This document shows, one piece after another, positions 18,827 through 19,086 of a DNA stretch of 19,086 nt. The notes beneath the pieces were generated by a model. The model was not told the origin of the DNA. It saw nothing but the letters and a program-made list of their open reading frames with translations, and made no database searches. Every line of letters starts with the position of its first letter. Position 1 is the stretch's first letter. This DNA is from Nitrospinota bacterium. Its GTDB lineage: Bacteria; UBA8248. The DNA lies in NCBI GenBank assembly GCA_046581755.1, contig JAYGFR010000022.1:1-19086 (forward strand), in the 5' to 3' direction. The position numbers and the translations under genes were made by a program.

Positions 18827-19086
18827 AAGCACTCAAGATCGTTCCCGAACTGTGTACAGGCTGCATGAGATGCGAGTTGGCCTGCTCGTATGAACAGACC
18901 GGCACCTTCCAGCCTTCCAAATCCGTGATTCGGGTATCCGCATTTGAAAATCACACCAGTTACGCCCCATACACCTGTCTGCAATGCGACGAGGGGTGGT
19001 GCATGACGGCCTGTCCCGTCGAGGCCATTCTGATCAGCCCGGCGGGTGCAAAGGATGTCGTGGATGATATTTGCGTCGGTTGCAAG
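18823..19086 (+). CDS. 4Fe-4S polyferredoxin, AorA-like; 3'-truncated and absent from the ORF track
   Basis: My translation: MKALKIVPELCTGCMRCELACSYEQTGTFQPSKSVIRVSAFENHTSYAPYTCLQCDEGWCMTACPVEAI...CVGCK. GAGGAG RBS. Confidence 0.92.
   Translation, partial: MKALKIVPELCTGCMRCELACSYEQTGTFQPSKSVIRVSAFENHTSYAPYTCLQCDEGWCMTACPVEAILISPAGAKDVVDDICVGCK

Overview
GC-rich bacterial chromosomal window from a Gram-negative organism, as implied by the tol-pal genes. The left part is housekeeping: tolR (5'-truncated)-tolA-tolB-pal-cpoB, NAD-dependent ligA, galU and a tandem pair of CNNM/CorB (DUF21-CBS-CorC) genes, all on +. The right part is a mosaic: an Ldh_2-family oxidoreductase coupled to a degenerate histidine-kinase-like protein, a Nudix hydrolase, two EamA/DMT transporters, a CaiB/BaiF CoA-transferase, a LOG-family protein, two ~70%-identical DinB-like paralogs and the 5' end of an AorA-like 4Fe-4S protein. 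I see no rRNA, tRNA, CRISPR array or mobile element. The most notable observations are (1) a protamine-like TolA linker with 61 of 84 residues Lys/Arg; (2) two Pro-rich short ORFs coupled to galU and to the CorB pair, reminiscent of mgtL/mgtP-type leaders; (3) a CorB pair whose second copy has a degenerate nucleotide-binding motif; (4) a pseudo-histidine kinase overlapping an atypical Ldh_2 enzyme; (5) a highly self-complementary, possibly bistable ~176-nt element between convergent genes. All family calls come from motif recognition by eye, and no database searches were run.
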